From NCBI GenBank assembly GCA_973895155.1, contig OZ316899.1, positions 2,317,573 through 2,381,572 of the forward strand: 64,000 nucleotides of DNA, read 5' to 3'. The stretch's first letter is position 1, and each line of letters begins with the position of its first letter. Source of the DNA: Marsupella aquatica (Eukaryota; Plantae; Marchantiophyta). Under the pieces are notes generated by a model that had not been told where the DNA came from, did no database searches, and was given only the letters and a program-made list of their open reading frames with translations. The translations under genes were made by a program, and so were the position numbers. Shown piece after piece: positions 21,156 through 35,138 of this stretch.

Positions 21156-22489
21156 TATAGTGAAGTAGTTAGACAAAGTTGGAACCAATTACACTTGGAT
21201 GTTTACTCCAATCTTTGTAAACTAAGACTCAAGAGCAATCATGAATATATTTTGAAGCGCATATATTTTTCCCCACTCAAATGACTTTCCTGTGGGACAT
21301 AAGTACTACCTTTTAGTAGCGGCTATTGAAGTAAGTTAGACAGTTTAACTCCACCTTGGGATGCGCTTGACTTAAAACCTCCACCTTCTAGTATACTGTG
21401 GGACATAGGTTGCATTTTTACTCTTGTAGTGGTAAGTAAATATTCAACTCCATCCCATCCCCGCAGGGCACATATAATGGATGACAACTCCAGCCTCCTT
21501 TCTCAGGGTTGTAGGTTTTGAGTTCTCTTAGGTTGGACTTTTCCAATATGAAATCTCTACTGTACATTGTCCTGCTCTTTCTGGATCTGGAACAGGTAGA
21601 CAATGAGAATACCATTCTTAGAGCTGGGAAGTGGTCCCATTTGGAAGCGCATCAAACTCTTCCTTAGTCCTTATGAACTAGTCAGGGATAGTTGATCCAA
21701 AAACATTTTGGGAAATTGGGAGTCTTGAATGGGAAGGACTGTAGCTATGTTCTAGACAGTAAATACACAAACTCAAACATGAAGTCCAGATGATTGAAAT
21801 TAATACATTCAAGTGATATAGCCAAATAGACACGCCACTTGAGACTTCTCGGTTGAAAACTAAGCTTGACAAGAGATGGGCCAATTAAAATGAACTTTAT
21901 TGTGCACAAGGGATTTATTACAAAACAGGTGCATGTTACTGCACATATATAGTGATTACTAACAAGAGACCTTTACTAAGTAATATTCAATGCTACCTTT
22001 CACTAGTGATATCCAATGCCTGCTTAGCCTTTATTGTATACTAACTGAGGACTATCCACTGATATGGTTTAACCTTCAGTGGATAGTCCTCAGTTAGTAT
22101 ACAATCATATCAGTGGATAGTCCTCAGTTAGTCCACCTTCAGGGAGCTCAAAGTCCTGTGGAACAACAATCCACATAAATATTAGTGACAGAAATAGTCA
22201 AGCTCACGCAGGGAAGAACAGTTCAGCAGATAGACTTTAGCCAACCTACTGTAGCAACTGTAATGTACATATATAAGTAAGACGGATTTTGGTCTTTTTA
22301 GCAAGAAGTACATGGCTATAATATCTCCTAGGGCTCTAACTCTAGACTCAGGAAAACCCTGAGGACAGTTGTTTAGGACATAAGGCCAGACTGGGTACTG
22401 GGAATTCAGGACTAAGGATTGACAAAAGTTTGCTAATTCAGGACTTGGGCCAGAGGACTCATTGAGTAGGGATGGCAGATTGAGGACTC

Positions 22490-22960
22490 AATCAGGGTGG
22501 AGGACTGATGACTCAGGGTAGAGGACTGAGGACTAACGATGGAGGACTGAAGGCTCCGGGAAAAGGACTAAGGACTCAAAATGAAGGACTGAGGATTTGG
22601 GGTAGAGGACTGAGGACTCGGGCACGGGACTGAGGACTAGGGATAAGGACTGAGGACTGAGGGTTTAGGACTGAGGACTAGGGATAAGGACTGAGGACTG
22701 AGGGTTTAGGACTGAGGACTTAGGACTGAGGCAGAGGACTCAGACTGAGGACTCAGGGAAAAGGACTGAGGACTCAGGGAAGAAACCGAGGACTCATGGC
22801 AAAGACTAAGGACTGAAGCCAACGGATTGAGGACTCCGGACGTTCGGACTGAGGACTCTGGACGGAGGAACTGAGGACTAGTGACCGAGGACTAAGGACC
22901 AGCAACTGATAACTGAGGACTAGAGACAAAAGACAAAGGACTTCAAATGGAGAATAGAGG
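22490..22960. repeat. dense degenerate tandem array of AGGACT(G/C/A) units
   Basis: Dozens of GAGGACT copies on the plus strand, just downstream of the transposase stop. Confidence 0.92.
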
Positions 22961-23013
22961 ACTGGTGATGGAGAAAAAATGGTGAACACACCTCAGTATC
23001 CTCCTTCATATTG

Positions 23014-26000
23014 CTAGGAACCCAAGGATGCATATATTGCTGCCAGAGTCTCGGGCTCAACGGTGTACATTCTATATCGTCCCTTTCCTGCCTCACATGG
23101 AGTGAGACCAAATCTAAGGTGAACTACTGTCTCAGCATGGGCATAGCTCACGCCAGCTAGATCGTTCACCACAAATTTGTTATCTCGCCCTGGGACCTGT
23201 TGAAACCACACTGCCCTCAAAGCTAAATCACCCTCGTTAAATTCCTCTCCATACGAGTCCTTGAAACTCTTCTTCACGGTGTGCAAAGTCTGCTCACATT
23301 GAAGAATGTAGAAGTCCACATTCCACTTGTTACCTATCTCAGCCTTCACTGCAAAGAAGTCACCTTGTTGAACCAATTTGGCCAGCAGCCCATCCTCCCA
23401 TTGGTACAGTCCTTCCCCCACTCCCATTTCTTCCACATCAGTTCTCACGTCACTTGGCAGGACTCCTTTCACCATTACGAGCTTAAACTGTCCAGCCCAA
23501 CTTATATTCTCACATTGCAAAGGTTCATCATCTAAGCAATGAGGACAAAAACAACAAAGTTCTCTGACTTGAAGGAGAGTTGATAGGCGGTTACTAAATC
23601 CATCAAAGCAGTGTAAGGATCGGGAACCTAGGATAGGATCACAGTCCCATTTCTTCTTGCGATTGACAGCTCCCATTGGAATCTCCCAAAACAGGCGTCG
23701 AACAAGTTGGATGTCTCCATACTCCTTTTCTTGGCCCATAGCAAATTTGTCCTTGCAGAACAAAACCACATCATGGGCATTCTCCAATCGATGTCCATGG
23801 ATTCCCTTCAGCTGTTCTCTCTCAATCCCTTGCTTTATGTGGCCTCCAAGGGCATCCTAAAAGCACACACCATAGTACTCATCTCAGGAAATGAAACTTG
23901 GATGATGAATGAATATAGAACAACAAATTTACTATAGGGAACTTCAGCTTAAAACACAATCTGGAATGAGCGGATGTACATGTAAAGTAATATTGCAACT
24001 TACAGCGACACCTTTTCCGTGCCCTGAAGCATGGAAATACCACTTCATTCGTGCACCAAATCTTTTGTAGTATCTGGATACATAATAAAAAGGTCTGCAA
24101 GCCTTGAACTGTGAAGCAGCCCCATCTGACCAGACCCAATGTTGCTCAAACTGAATTCCTTCCTCCCTCATCCACTGGTTATGAGCATCCATGCAATGTT
24201 GGACGAAGAGAGTGTCGTGACAATTGTCATCACTGATATAAAAATGATAATGTGCAATAATGTCTCGACCACCCTCCTCATCCAATGCCATCCGAACCGT
24301 ACTTCCAACAGCAGCCTCCAGAGATTCCACACAATCTTCTCTATGCCTATAAGTGACATGAATCAACAAAGTGACCTGTCTATTATCCCAGTGTTGACTT
24401 TGTATCTCATTTTGGATTTTGAACGTGTAATTTTCAGAGAAATCAATAGATGACACTATAGTTCCTCTAGGGAAAGTTTTCAAACAAACTTTGAATTGTT
24501 CTGACTGCCAACGTGCTCTGAAATTATGCACAATGAATGTCTTCATTGTATTCAAAACCTGACTCTTGAATTCACCCATTGAAGTTCTCTTAAACACCAT
24601 TCTCAACCATTTTGACTTTTTTGTAGCACTCTCGTCTGTTCCTTTTTTCTTCTCTCTCTTTTGCTGGGCTTTCTCATCTAACTCCAAATACTGAAATGTC
24701 TCCCACTCAATAAATTGCTTGTCACCTGGATCTAACTCAGATGTACACCAATCCAACTTGTTGACACCACAATTCTTACAGGAACCCATGATACATTTCT
24801 TTCCATGCCACTGCTTCCCCTCAGCTCTTGGACAAAGAGCTCCATCTATCCAGCCCCGTACAGATGTTATTGTTGTTCTAGAAGCTACACAACTCTGCAA
24901 AGGAGCATCAACTGATGTGCAAATGGGGCAATCACAAGAGCAATGCTTACTGTGTTCATGCTTCCTGAATTTGTTGATTGCCTCCTTCAAGAGGTCCATT
25001 TCAACATGTTGCTTACAGCAACAAATGTTTCTGTCTTTCATAGGACGAACGTAGTAAGGCTTCATATACTGAAAAGACCTGAAGCCTATATTAACTCCAT
25101 TCTCGTCTCTGCTGCAAAACTCCTGGAATTTTAGAAAAAACTCCACCTGAAAAAGATGCAAGCCTTGCTTCAAAACATATTCAATCATTGTAAACAAAGA
25201 TGCAGTAGAGTTCAAATTGCTTACTGATGAACATGAAAGCTCCTGTACCCTATTGTAAACCCTATTTGAATGTCATTGATAATGACAAATTAACAAAATC
25301 TAACCTGGGTATCCTCCAGCCAATGCACCCCATGCTCCTCGTACACATTTATACTCAATCTTAGTCTAGCCTTGTCCTTGGCGCAAGGAGAGATTCGAGT
25401 ATTTGATTCCCAAAACTTTTCCACAATTCTTTGGACTTCAGCTGAAATTTTGTCGCTTCTCACTTTCCTTTCCCCCATTGGAAACCTTATCAAACAATCG
25501 GAATCTATGGACTTCCTCCTTCTTGAAGCTTTATATATGATTTGCCGTTTGATACCCAAAGCCCCAGCCACTAAAGTCTGATACCTATTCACTACTGTGG
25601 CCTGGCCTGCCAATGCAACTGTCAAGATCTGCTTTGCACCTAGATGGTCTTTCTGCTTTGCAGTCTTCACTTTTTGCAAGCAATTCTTTAGGTCAGCAAT
25701 TGCAGCAAGTATTGCTACATCTCTCCGACGAGTCCCAAAAACTGCAGGGAGGTACTTCTTCAAGGAAGGATGGAGCATAAACTTAGTGAAAAATAGCTTC
25801 CTTGCAGACAAATTAAATTTGTCCAATCTACTCAGGATGGATGTCACCGCCACAGACACCTGAGACTGAACACTTCGTGTTCTCCTATTGGAATTCAATT
25901 CGTCTTCTAAATCACCAGCAGACCCACATTGCCAAGCCTCTGTGCGTGTATTACCCTTTTTCTTCTAGTATGTTGCTCGCTTCCTTTGAGCATCTCGTGC

Positions 26001-26342
26001 TCTAAATTCTGTTGAAGCAGAGGATTGATAGTTTGCTTGCCTCGAAGCTGAACTCTCCCGCTGCAGCTCTGAAGTTTGGCCATGCATGCTCTCACCGAGA
26101 AGTTGCCCATCTAAGGACCAAAGACGTGCTTCTTGACGCCCTATGCGATTGCAGAGAGTTTGTCTTCTTTGTGTCAATTTGTCACATTGTAATTGTGTAG
26201 ACTGTAGGATGCTAGTAGCTTGTGTACTTGCATTCACTATGATGTCGGCAGCCTCTTGGGAAGCCTCCGCACGAATTCTACTCGCTTCATTCTCAGCAGA
26301 TGAAATCATTTGCTGGCATTTGTTTCGCGCATCTTCCAACAA
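23014..26342 (-). pseudogene. spliced DDE transposase, Sola2-like; introns 25147-25304 and 23857-24003; one premature TAG at 25965-25967
   Basis: Motifs IDFSENY..EIQSQHW..QVTL and WSDGAASQFK. GT-AG splicing joins WLEDTQ|VEFFLKF and HGKGVA|DALGGHIK in frame. The C-terminal part has GSRSLH...RELCCFCPHC. Confidence 0.8.
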
Positions 26343-27295
26343 ACCCTATCCAGCCACATCGTTACTATTACCACCATGTGCAATCGATTGTCCATCGGTG
26401 ATCCGTTGCTGCCTATTACAATAGGACTTGCGTCTGCTAAGGTTTCGCCTTTCTGATCTCTCTCTTGCTAGGGCATCGTGGACTTCAGCAAGACTGGCCA
26501 TCCGATGTCAGGCACCGCATCAAGTACTAGACAAAACTTGGGAGGTATTGAGCGGGATGCGGAGCATCTGAGCATTCAGATTCTACCTGATACTAGGCCA
26601 ATACTTCTAAACTTGCCTACCCATTTGATCCTGTGAGCACCATGGCAAAGCTCAACAATCGCCCAAGGTCCACCAACGCTTCAATCACAGTGCTCCTCCT
26701 ATGGGCAATCTCCGAGATGCATTGTTGTAAATCAAACGTCCACGATGAATCATCAACTCCCGATCCAAAGCTTCAACTATCCAACTATGCCCCATCCCCA
26801 ACAACTCAGCTCTCACATTGCGTGTGTATGGCGCAAGCTCCTTCGATGAGTAATCGACCACCATAGCCATCCCTAACCCCTAAGCCCTTCGCTGTTGGTG
26901 CGTGCCCGTCCCAAGACAATTCAAGCCACTTGTGCTTAGAACAAAATCCGCGATCAATTTCAAACATCGACTATGAGTCCTTGTATTCAAACACACTGCG
27001 AGCCGCAACTTGCTCTATTCAATGTCACGGGATCCAAGGAGAACATTTATACGTCGTCCTTGCTAAAGTCCAAGATAGGAATTACGCATCTAGACTGTAC
27101 TTCAACCGGTCCAAATGAATACTTAATGCATTTTTGATTGATATTCAAATCCAGTCTTTGATTTGGTCCTTCTACATCTTGGCCCTTGAGTGTAACACCC
27201 CCCAATTTATTGCAAAAATCATGAGGACTCACTCCTTTTGGTGGAGACTTTGGAGATCCTTTTTATGTACCCCTCAATCATGCTTTCCACCGTCA

Positions 27296-29088
27296 TGTAA
27301 GTTGGAAAATCATTGGATCACACTTGAAAGGGAAATGTATGTTGTGATCTATGCGTTGAAGAAGTGGGAGATTTACCTTAAGAACGGTCCCAAAGTGGTA
27401 ATCCACACAGATAGCTTGCCCGTCGGGTACTTCAATTCTAAGCCAAGGCTGAACCCCAAGGAAATGCGCTGGCAGATGTTCTTGGCGGATTTTGATTTTG
27501 AACTCCGTCACGTTCCTGGGAAGACAAACACGGCAGCTAATGCGTTATTGCGTAAGGACCATCATCGTGTCAATGGGATCCCGATGCTCGAATCCGAATG
27601 GCCAAAGGTTCTGGCTGCGGCGTATGGGGATGACAGGTTAGCTAAGGAATTGCAACGCAATGGGGGTAGCCAAGGCAAGGTAAGGCACGTGTCATTGCGA
27701 TTGGATCCGACGCATAATGTTCAGTTATGGCGATACAAGCAGAGGCGTGTGTACATACCAGAGTCTCTAAGGTTAGAGGTTCTGCAAAAGTACCACAACT
27801 CGCCTTGGGGAGGGCATGGAGGACAAGCTGCTACGTCTTGCAGCATGTCGCGAGATATGTATTGACCGGACATGAAGCAATCGGTCCTTTGCCAAGTGCA
27901 AAGTTGTTACTTGTGCCAAAAGAACCAAAAGGTCTATAGGGCAAAAGGAGGACTTCTGCAACCCTTATGGGTAGCTGCGGCTCCATGGGAGTTTATCTCC
28001 ATGGACTTCATTGTTGGGTTACTTGAGTCCCACGGTAGTAACTCCATCTTAACAATTGTGGATCGTTTTTCCAAGATGGCGTATTTCTTGCCTACTATGA
28101 AAATGATTTCGGCCCGAGAGGTTGCCGGTCTAGTATTTGACAATGTCTTCCGACAATGGGGATTGTCATTGCATATCCTATCCGATCGCAATACCAAGTT
28201 CACGGGCCATTTTTGGAAGGCGTTGTTCCGATTCTCTGGAATGGACCTGACTAGGGGATCAGCGTATTATCATGAGACGGATGGCCAAATGGAATGGGTG
28301 AATGGTATTGTGGAGGACTACTTGCGTCATTTTGTGACGGCCAATCAAAAGGATTGGGCAAAGCACTTAACAATGGCCAAGTTTAGGTATTACTTGACAA
28401 GCATTTGGCAACAAAGTTTGTGCCATTTGTGTTGGCCACAGGGAGGATGCCAAGGGTGCCCTCTTGGTTTATAAATCCGGAAGCTTGGTGGACGGAAAGC
28501 AAGGTTTCTTCTGTAGACGATTTTATTTGAGAGGGGCGCCTAGTTGTGGAAGCGGCTACCAAGGGTATGACCCTTGCCCAAAGTCGGTACAAGGAGCAAG
28601 GGGATAAATATTGATGCTAGGTAAGCTTTGAAATTGGGGAGAGCGTCTGGTTGCAATTGAGACCTGAACAATACCACGGGAACATAAGTAGGAAGCTGGC
28701 TCCCAGATATGCAGGGCCCTATTGTATCATATGATGGGCCCACAAGAATAATCCGGTTTTGATGGTGTTGGAGACACCCAAGGAAATGGGCGTGGGCAAA
28801 AGCTACCATGTTAGCCGGCTCAAGAAGTTTGTCAAAGACAATGATCCCAACCGGGATCAGGTCTTGCGTTCGGACGCCATGATGGTGGAGGACGCTGAGG
28901 AGTCTGAGGTGGAGGCAATTATGGACCATCGTTACAAACACAAGTTGGGAAGGCAAATCTTAGAGTATTTGGTGAAGTGGGCTGGCTATGATCAGGCCGA
29001 GAGTACTTGGGAACCAAAAGAAAATTTGGGTAATGCCTCAAAGATCCTTGGAAGCTATTGTAAGCAAAGCGGCCTACCGCCGTTGTGA
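27296..29088 (+). pseudogene. chromovirus RH (C-part), integrase and chromodomain
   Basis: EREMYVVIYALKKW..HTD, HNSPWGGH..CYLC, ISMDFIVGL, LSDR, and chromodomain VEAIMDHR...YLVKWAGYDQAESTWEPKENL; stops and frameshifts present. Confidence 0.92.
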
Positions 29089-29500
29089 CCTGGTATAGGC
29101 TTTGTGAGTTGTATCCTAGTTTCACTCCTCTCGGCCTCTTAAGGATATAGTCGGATTGCATTGGTGCTAGAGGTTGTTGGGCGGCCAATTTGTTTTTTTC
29201 GAGTGGAAGTAGATGGTGCCCGCCTTACATCTGTGGGCAGGCTGGTTCAAACCAAAGGGGAATACCCTAAGGTGAGAACAATGGGTCCTACGAGTTTGGA
29301 GTTAGCTTACCCGATTGGACTAGCATCCTACTTGGATAAGTGGGATAGGTTGGAATTTCCTAAGTCTGGAATGCGCATACCAACCTGGTTTGCATCAGCC
29401 TTATGAGCAAACCATTTGTTACCTCCTAAAATTTTGAAGGCCCAAGGTGGTCTAGGCATGTTGGAACGTTTACTGAGGTCACGCGGACGTGACCATTTTT

Positions 29501-29514
29501 AAGGGGGGGGGGGG
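29501..29514 (+). promoter_or_regulatory. polypurine tract of the chromovirus
   Basis: AAGGGGGGGGGGGG immediately before TG. Confidence 0.8.
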
Positions 29515-30992
29515 TGCAAGTCGCAGAACTTGACTACCTTAACACTTAGCTCCGGCGTTGCTGACTCCGACGCCAAGCTCCCTTATGGTCCAGGCCCGGA
29601 TAGGCCATCCGGGGAGGACTTAGCATGGGGAGACTTGTGCGCAACGAGACGTGGCGCTAGCAAAGGCAAGGAGCCAAGCTGGTGACACACACTAAGAACT
29701 TGGACTAGCTGAGAGCTGCTCGGGTCAAGGGGAAATGGGCCGGGCTCAAGGATGACCGTCCGGGCCTCCGGATGGACTTTGAGTTCTGAGGGCTTGGGAG
29801 TGAGCTCCTCTTGGGCCCAAAGCCAATGGAGTTGACGCCATAGACAACGGACGCTTGGGGCGCAAGTTATGGCCCGATCCGGTTTGGGCCGATCGGGGGG
29901 CCCCAAGCGATGATGAGACCTGAGGACCTAGGCATGAGCACTGGGTCAGCCCAATCACAACGGGCTAAGGCACTCCGCTTGCGGATGCCTAACGAGAAAG
30001 TTAGGGGCGTTGCCAGTTGGTGGCGCGTCCATTATGCGCGATAGGATCCGGGTTGGGGGCCAAATATTTAGGGACCAAAGCTGGTCCGGGGGTGGCAGGT
30101 CTCCAGAAGCATATATGAGGGGAGTGGTGTCTCCCTGGGGGTAAGGGGGGGCCGAAGTCGTGAGCCGCGACAGTCGTGACACTATGGAAAATTGTCAAAT
30201 GGAAATAGCAATATCTTCCCAATGGGAAGTCCGTTGGAGGACTTCTTAGGTGCGTGGGAAAGCTCTCAACAAGGGATACGCCCTCCTGAGCTCAACTGGG
30301 TCTAGGGGCACCATGGGTTCTTGGGGTTTGTTGGGTGTTAACTCGCCCGCTTGCCAAATCCTGCCAAACAGCATCCAAGCCGCGTTTAGTCTCCCAAGGG
30401 AGCTTGCGTTGGGGAGGCAAGGCCAAGTAGGTGTGGAGGTTGAGTTCCAAGAGGGTTTGGCCCCTAGACCATCAGTGAGGAAAATCGGGAGTTGGTTGCT
30501 AGAGTCGGGGCCATTCTGGTCCCGACGTGTTGGGAGAAGCTTTAGGACAAGCTACGCTAATTGGGCCATGAGCATGTCCTGGGGTCAAGGCGGTCAGTTG
30601 GTGATGGATAGGTCAGTTGGCCGTGCCCAAGGAAGGAGCTGTTCTGGATGAACAGTGGACGTGGGTTCTGGTTCTGGCTTATGGCATCGGGAGGACCTAT
30701 CGCTAACCTATTTACCAATGTCTATTGAGCTTGAGTTAGGATGCTAGACTTGGTGAGTTCTAGATCTTGAAGGGTTACTTACCGAGGTGCTTGGTTGCTT
30801 GTGCAGACAATGAGGACCGTTGAGTAGCGGTCGTGTTGGAGAGCAAGTGCGGCTATGTATGGGAGGGGCCGCTGGCGGTGCAAGGGGCACTAGGGGGCTT
30901 GCTCAAGGTATTCCGTGGAGGCATTTGGGCACCAAGGGCACTTAGGCGTGAGTGCTGGGATTGGTGAGGGCGCTGGGTGGCTAGGTCCACCA
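29515..30992 (+). repeat. chromovirus 3' LTR (~1.48 kb)
   Basis: TG start after the PPT, TATA-like CATATATG at ~30110, and a 3' part matching 12280-12767 that ends GGTCCACCA. Confidence 0.82.
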
Positions 30993-31882
30993 CTATTCTC
31001 CAAGATTCCATCTGGCCCTACCTAAAACATTTGTTCTTCTTCCATTGTGCGGCTTATAATCCCCTTTGCAAAAATTCCTTACTTCCTACTTCCTACTTGG
31101 CGAGGTTCTCTGACGCACTATCTTGCTCTACCGGCAAGTCTATTTATCCCATCGGGCGGTCTTTTTTGCAGCATAATTCATATTTGCCAAACCTCTATGT
31201 GGTGGATTAAGGACTTCCTTGGTCATTGAGTGTCATTTACTTTTCATCCCAAGTCATTCTTGGTGGGGGTCTCCGAGATTTTGAGATGGATTCTCATCAA
31301 CTTTTACCTAGAATCCTAGTCGGCGAGGGGCTTTGACATGCTGTCACACTATCTGGCAAGCCTCTCTATGGTGGATTAGGGACACTTGGGGCCCACCTAA
31401 CACTTCCTTGCTCAGAGTGTCATTTAGTTTTTACCCTAAATATTCTTGGCGGGGTCTCCAAGATGGGCTTGGGTCATTTGGGGCAACAGTATTTGTACTC
31501 GGTGAGTGTCTCCAAATTGGTTTTGGTTCTCTTGTTGCCCACGAATTATTGTGATGCCTAGCCAGGAATCATTAGGCCAGTTTAATTAGTAAAATCAGGA
31601 GTGTACCCTAGGAAACACCTTAGTATAGTAACAAAAATAGGGAAATATAAACAATTAAGGGTGACTATAGAACCCGAGCCAAGGCTGAAAGTAAGGATGT
31701 CGGGGGAAACACGATTAGGGTTAGGGAGCGCTAAGTACCGGTGGCTACTAACGGGAAGGAAGACCAGCCAAGGGGGGGGGGCAAGGATCGAGCGCAAGGA
31801 CTGGCGGCTCATTTGCAAACACAAGCCAAGTGAATGACTACGGGAGGCCAACTGCCGTCCGCTGCTCAGGCAAGCACTCGGG

Positions 31883-34800
31883 GTGGAAGCAGATACCGAC
31901 GATCAACTCAAGAGGGGTATGAGCAATGTCAATCAAGCTGCTCATTTTTGGGGATGCCTGTTAGAACAGGCAACTGAGTACATTGGGACCTACCAGGATG
32001 AAGAATCAGAGAGAGCGGCTCGAGAATGGCAGGAGCTCGCTCGGCTGTGGGAGCTACAGAAGTCTGCTTTCTTAGGAGGAAAACTCATTACAGCTGAATT
32101 CTTGTGGACGCCTACTGTCGACAAACTTGACGATCTTCTGTTTTGTGAGAACAAGATAGTTGGCATCCGAGAGGCCATCAACCACTGCAATGACATACAC
32201 TGGGAGTTGAAGGGTAGCACAGAGGGGTGGACGAAGGCAACCGTGCTAGGAGAAACATCCACGGCAGCCGCTATGAAGAGGAAAGGGAACAACAACAAAG
32301 AAGCCACCCCTGCGAAAAGAACAAGGTCGGCGGCACCCAGGAAACCAGCAGAGCAGGGAAGCAGGAGGCAGGCGGAAGCCGAAGAGGAGGAGGTCAACCC
32401 CGTCAATGCCGTTCCAACAAGAGATGACACCTAGAAAGGCTGGGCGGCGACCCTCCCCGAGGAGGTGCAATTACACTTTGTGAGGGAAGATGATGCATGC
32501 TTTACGGCTATGCAGACTCGGAAATACCAGGGCTTCATGGCTGGATCCGGCTTGGAAGCATTCGTAAAGTTACCATGGCTAAAGCCGGAAGTACCGGATT
32601 CAGACTTACTGGAATTCGTGGGATCATGGGAGCCCAAGACCAATTCCACAAGGGTACGGCGTATGGGAAGGATTTCTATCTCACTCCATGGGTGATTGCC
32701 GAAGTGTTTGGCTTGCCAATGGGCAATAAGACCAAAGTAGATACCAGGAAGACCTTGCCAGACAAGGAGTTCCGGTCGTTTCCAGGGCCATCAACAAGGA
32801 ATGGCTTCTTCCAAAACACCTGCACCAACCCGCACATAGGAGAAATGATCAATTTCTTGCGGGTGACCATGCATTGTAACTTGCCGAGGGCAGAGATCGG
32901 CAAGGCACAGGTCTATCTGGCGGAGAGGCCAGACCCAAGCCAAGACTACAACGGGTACCTCCTCACCCAACTAAAGAAGATCTTGAAGGAGGAATAGCTG
33001 GTGATTGGCATGGGAAGCGTGTCCCGGCTTGGTTATCACATGTTGATGTTGTGCCGGTATGCCCGAAGCCAGATATTTGCCCCGATACTGCCCCTATAGG
33101 CAAGAGCACCAGAGGAGGTTCCGGAACCAAGGCCGGCAACAGAGAAACCGACCCAGCCCGACAGTCCTACAATTGAGCAGGTGTTTAGGCCGAGGAAGGA
33201 GGACTTGCCGATGCAGCAACCAGGCATGCAGAATCTGCTGAAATTGCTGGAGAAGGAAAGGAGAACGGCAGCGGCAACGGGGCCAGTACAGAATATTGCT
33301 TCCGAGGTCAGCCTTAGCCAACTTACCAAGGAAAACCCCTTTACCGGAGCCAAGGAGAGAAGGAGGCCGGAACACGAGTCGAGAGTCTGAATGTATGTAG
33401 GAGCTTCAAGTCCCGAAGCCGAGGAGAAGCAGCCCGAGGCCCCTGGTCACGACAGGGAGAAGATGAGAGGAACCAGGACCTGTGATCTGTGGGGTTGTGT
33501 TCACGGCAGGACTAGGACAGCAGCGGGGGGAGCCGATAGAACAAGCCAAGGAGGAGGCGGTAGAAGGCTACGACAATGATGACTCCGGCTACAGGTCGGA
33601 CCATCATGTTCTAGGAATAAGGACCTGTGGCAGGTTCATCCCCACTCTTCCAAGAGTAGTTTGAGGGGACCCAACCCAGCAGAGCAGCCCCGAGTCTCCC
33701 CCACCAGATGTCGCTCCCCCAAGTTTTGACGACATAAAACAGACGGCAGAGGAGTTTCAGGAACGACGTAGGGAGGAAGAGGAGGCAGCCCTCGCAAGGG
33801 AGAAGGATTTACCAGGAGGAGAATGGTCAGAGGACAGCCGGTGGCTTGCAGGAAAATGAAGCAGCCCGCCAGCCACGATAGAAGAAATTCGCAAGGCTGC
33901 CTGGGAACAAAGGCCGCGGTGGATGATGCCAATGACTTCTGCTCACTCCGCCTATGCTAAAGAACGAGCCATGGAGTACGGGGAGATGTGTGGGGAACTT
34001 GCGCTTGGCATCTTTGGGGAGGAGTTGGAGCAGGGACCTTTTTTGCAGAGGGAAATGTTGGAGAAGCACCGATTAGAAGAAGCGGTGACTTTGGAAAGAA
34101 GCAAGAAGGACGAGGTCATCCGTCGGCTTAGGGCAAAGGAAGCCAAGGTAGAAGACCTGAAGGCGTCCAAGAAAGCCCAAGATGAGCTGCGGATTAAGTG
34201 GCATGAGCTCAACATCATGCAGGGGCAATTGGATACCGTGCAGTCTGATAATCAGATTATCAAGGATAAACTGACTCGGACCCAATGTGATCTGGCCGAT
34301 TCGATCAAGGAGAAGGAGAAGTGGAAGCAAGAGCTGAGAGACGCAGAGGAGGCCCACATAGCAGCCAATAATTGGGCCATGGCAGAGACTCAGAAGGGAA
34401 AGGGCGCTGAAGGGGGAACTCAAGGATATCCGCGGAGCCCTTGAGCAGAAGGAGGCCGAGTTAGGGAAATCCTATTAGGCAATTATCGTGTGCTACGACA
34501 GGAGCTCGCATCCATGACGGCCAGCTTCAAGGCCGACCTCCACGAGAAAGACGACCAGCTCGACCAGACTTATGCCAAGATGAATAAAATGGAGTCTGAG
34601 GTCGTTACAGAGCTCGACAAGGAGCTGAGAGCAACCCAGGAGGAGAGGGCAACCTTAAAGGAGGAATTAGAGAAAGCCCAGAAGGAGCGGGAGGAGGCGG
34701 CAAGGACCTGGATGAATTACAGGAGGAGTTGGAGGAAAACACGCGAAAGATGGAAAACTTACAGCGGCAAGCCGACAACCAAACGGAGCGACTGAAGAAA

Positions 34801-35138
34801 CAGGCCGCAATATTTAAGTGCTTGGCTTCCTCAGGACCAACTCCAATTGGGGCAACCAAGTTACCTAGTGTAGTACTGGCCGCACAATTACTATTGTCCA
34901 TTGTACTATGGCGGCGGCTGAGTAAAAGTTTGTTATGGCACCTCACGCTTGGATGAGACAATCGTGCTCAATCAAGCAATGGCGGCTAACGCTCCTTGAA
35001 AATTCTCACGGCCGAGCTCCTCTAGGATCCCCCATTAGAAGCCAGACGGTGGCACGACAGTCCATTTGCCACTTTGCGCCTTGTCATTATTTGGATATCG
35101 TCAGTTTGCTCTTGCACAACAACTACACTCTCAATTGA
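31883..35138 (+). pseudogene. decayed accessory gene: plant-transposon domain plus long coiled coil, same architecture as 57493-59310
   Basis: GLEAFVKLPW...EF.../ LTPWVIAEVFGLP...TRNGFFQNTC, followed by Glu/Lys-rich heptad fragments; several stops and frameshifts. Confidence 0.65.

Larger units (their letters stand above)
16062..27291 (-). mobile_element. 11.2-kb TIR DNA transposon, Sola2-like, with cargo ORFs
   Basis: Perfect 25-bp TIRs GGTGGAAAGCATGATTGAGGGGTAC (16062-16086; 27267-27291) and 4-bp TSD GTCA (16058-16061; 27292-27295). Removing it restores RNase H ...AFESCKL... Confidence 0.93.
12280..30992 (+). mobile_element. decayed chromovirus (Ty3/gypsy with chromodomain), interrupted by a DNA transposon
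   Basis: Truncated 5' LTR, iMet PBS, gag-PR-RT-RH, insertion, RH-IN-chromodomain, PPT and 3' LTR. The 5' LTR remnant matches 30520-30992. Confidence 0.9.

Noticed and set aside
29161-29480. Captured LINE fragment in the chromovirus 3' UTR (..PK...GGLG..)
   Set aside because: A single short motif with a stop is too weak to call.
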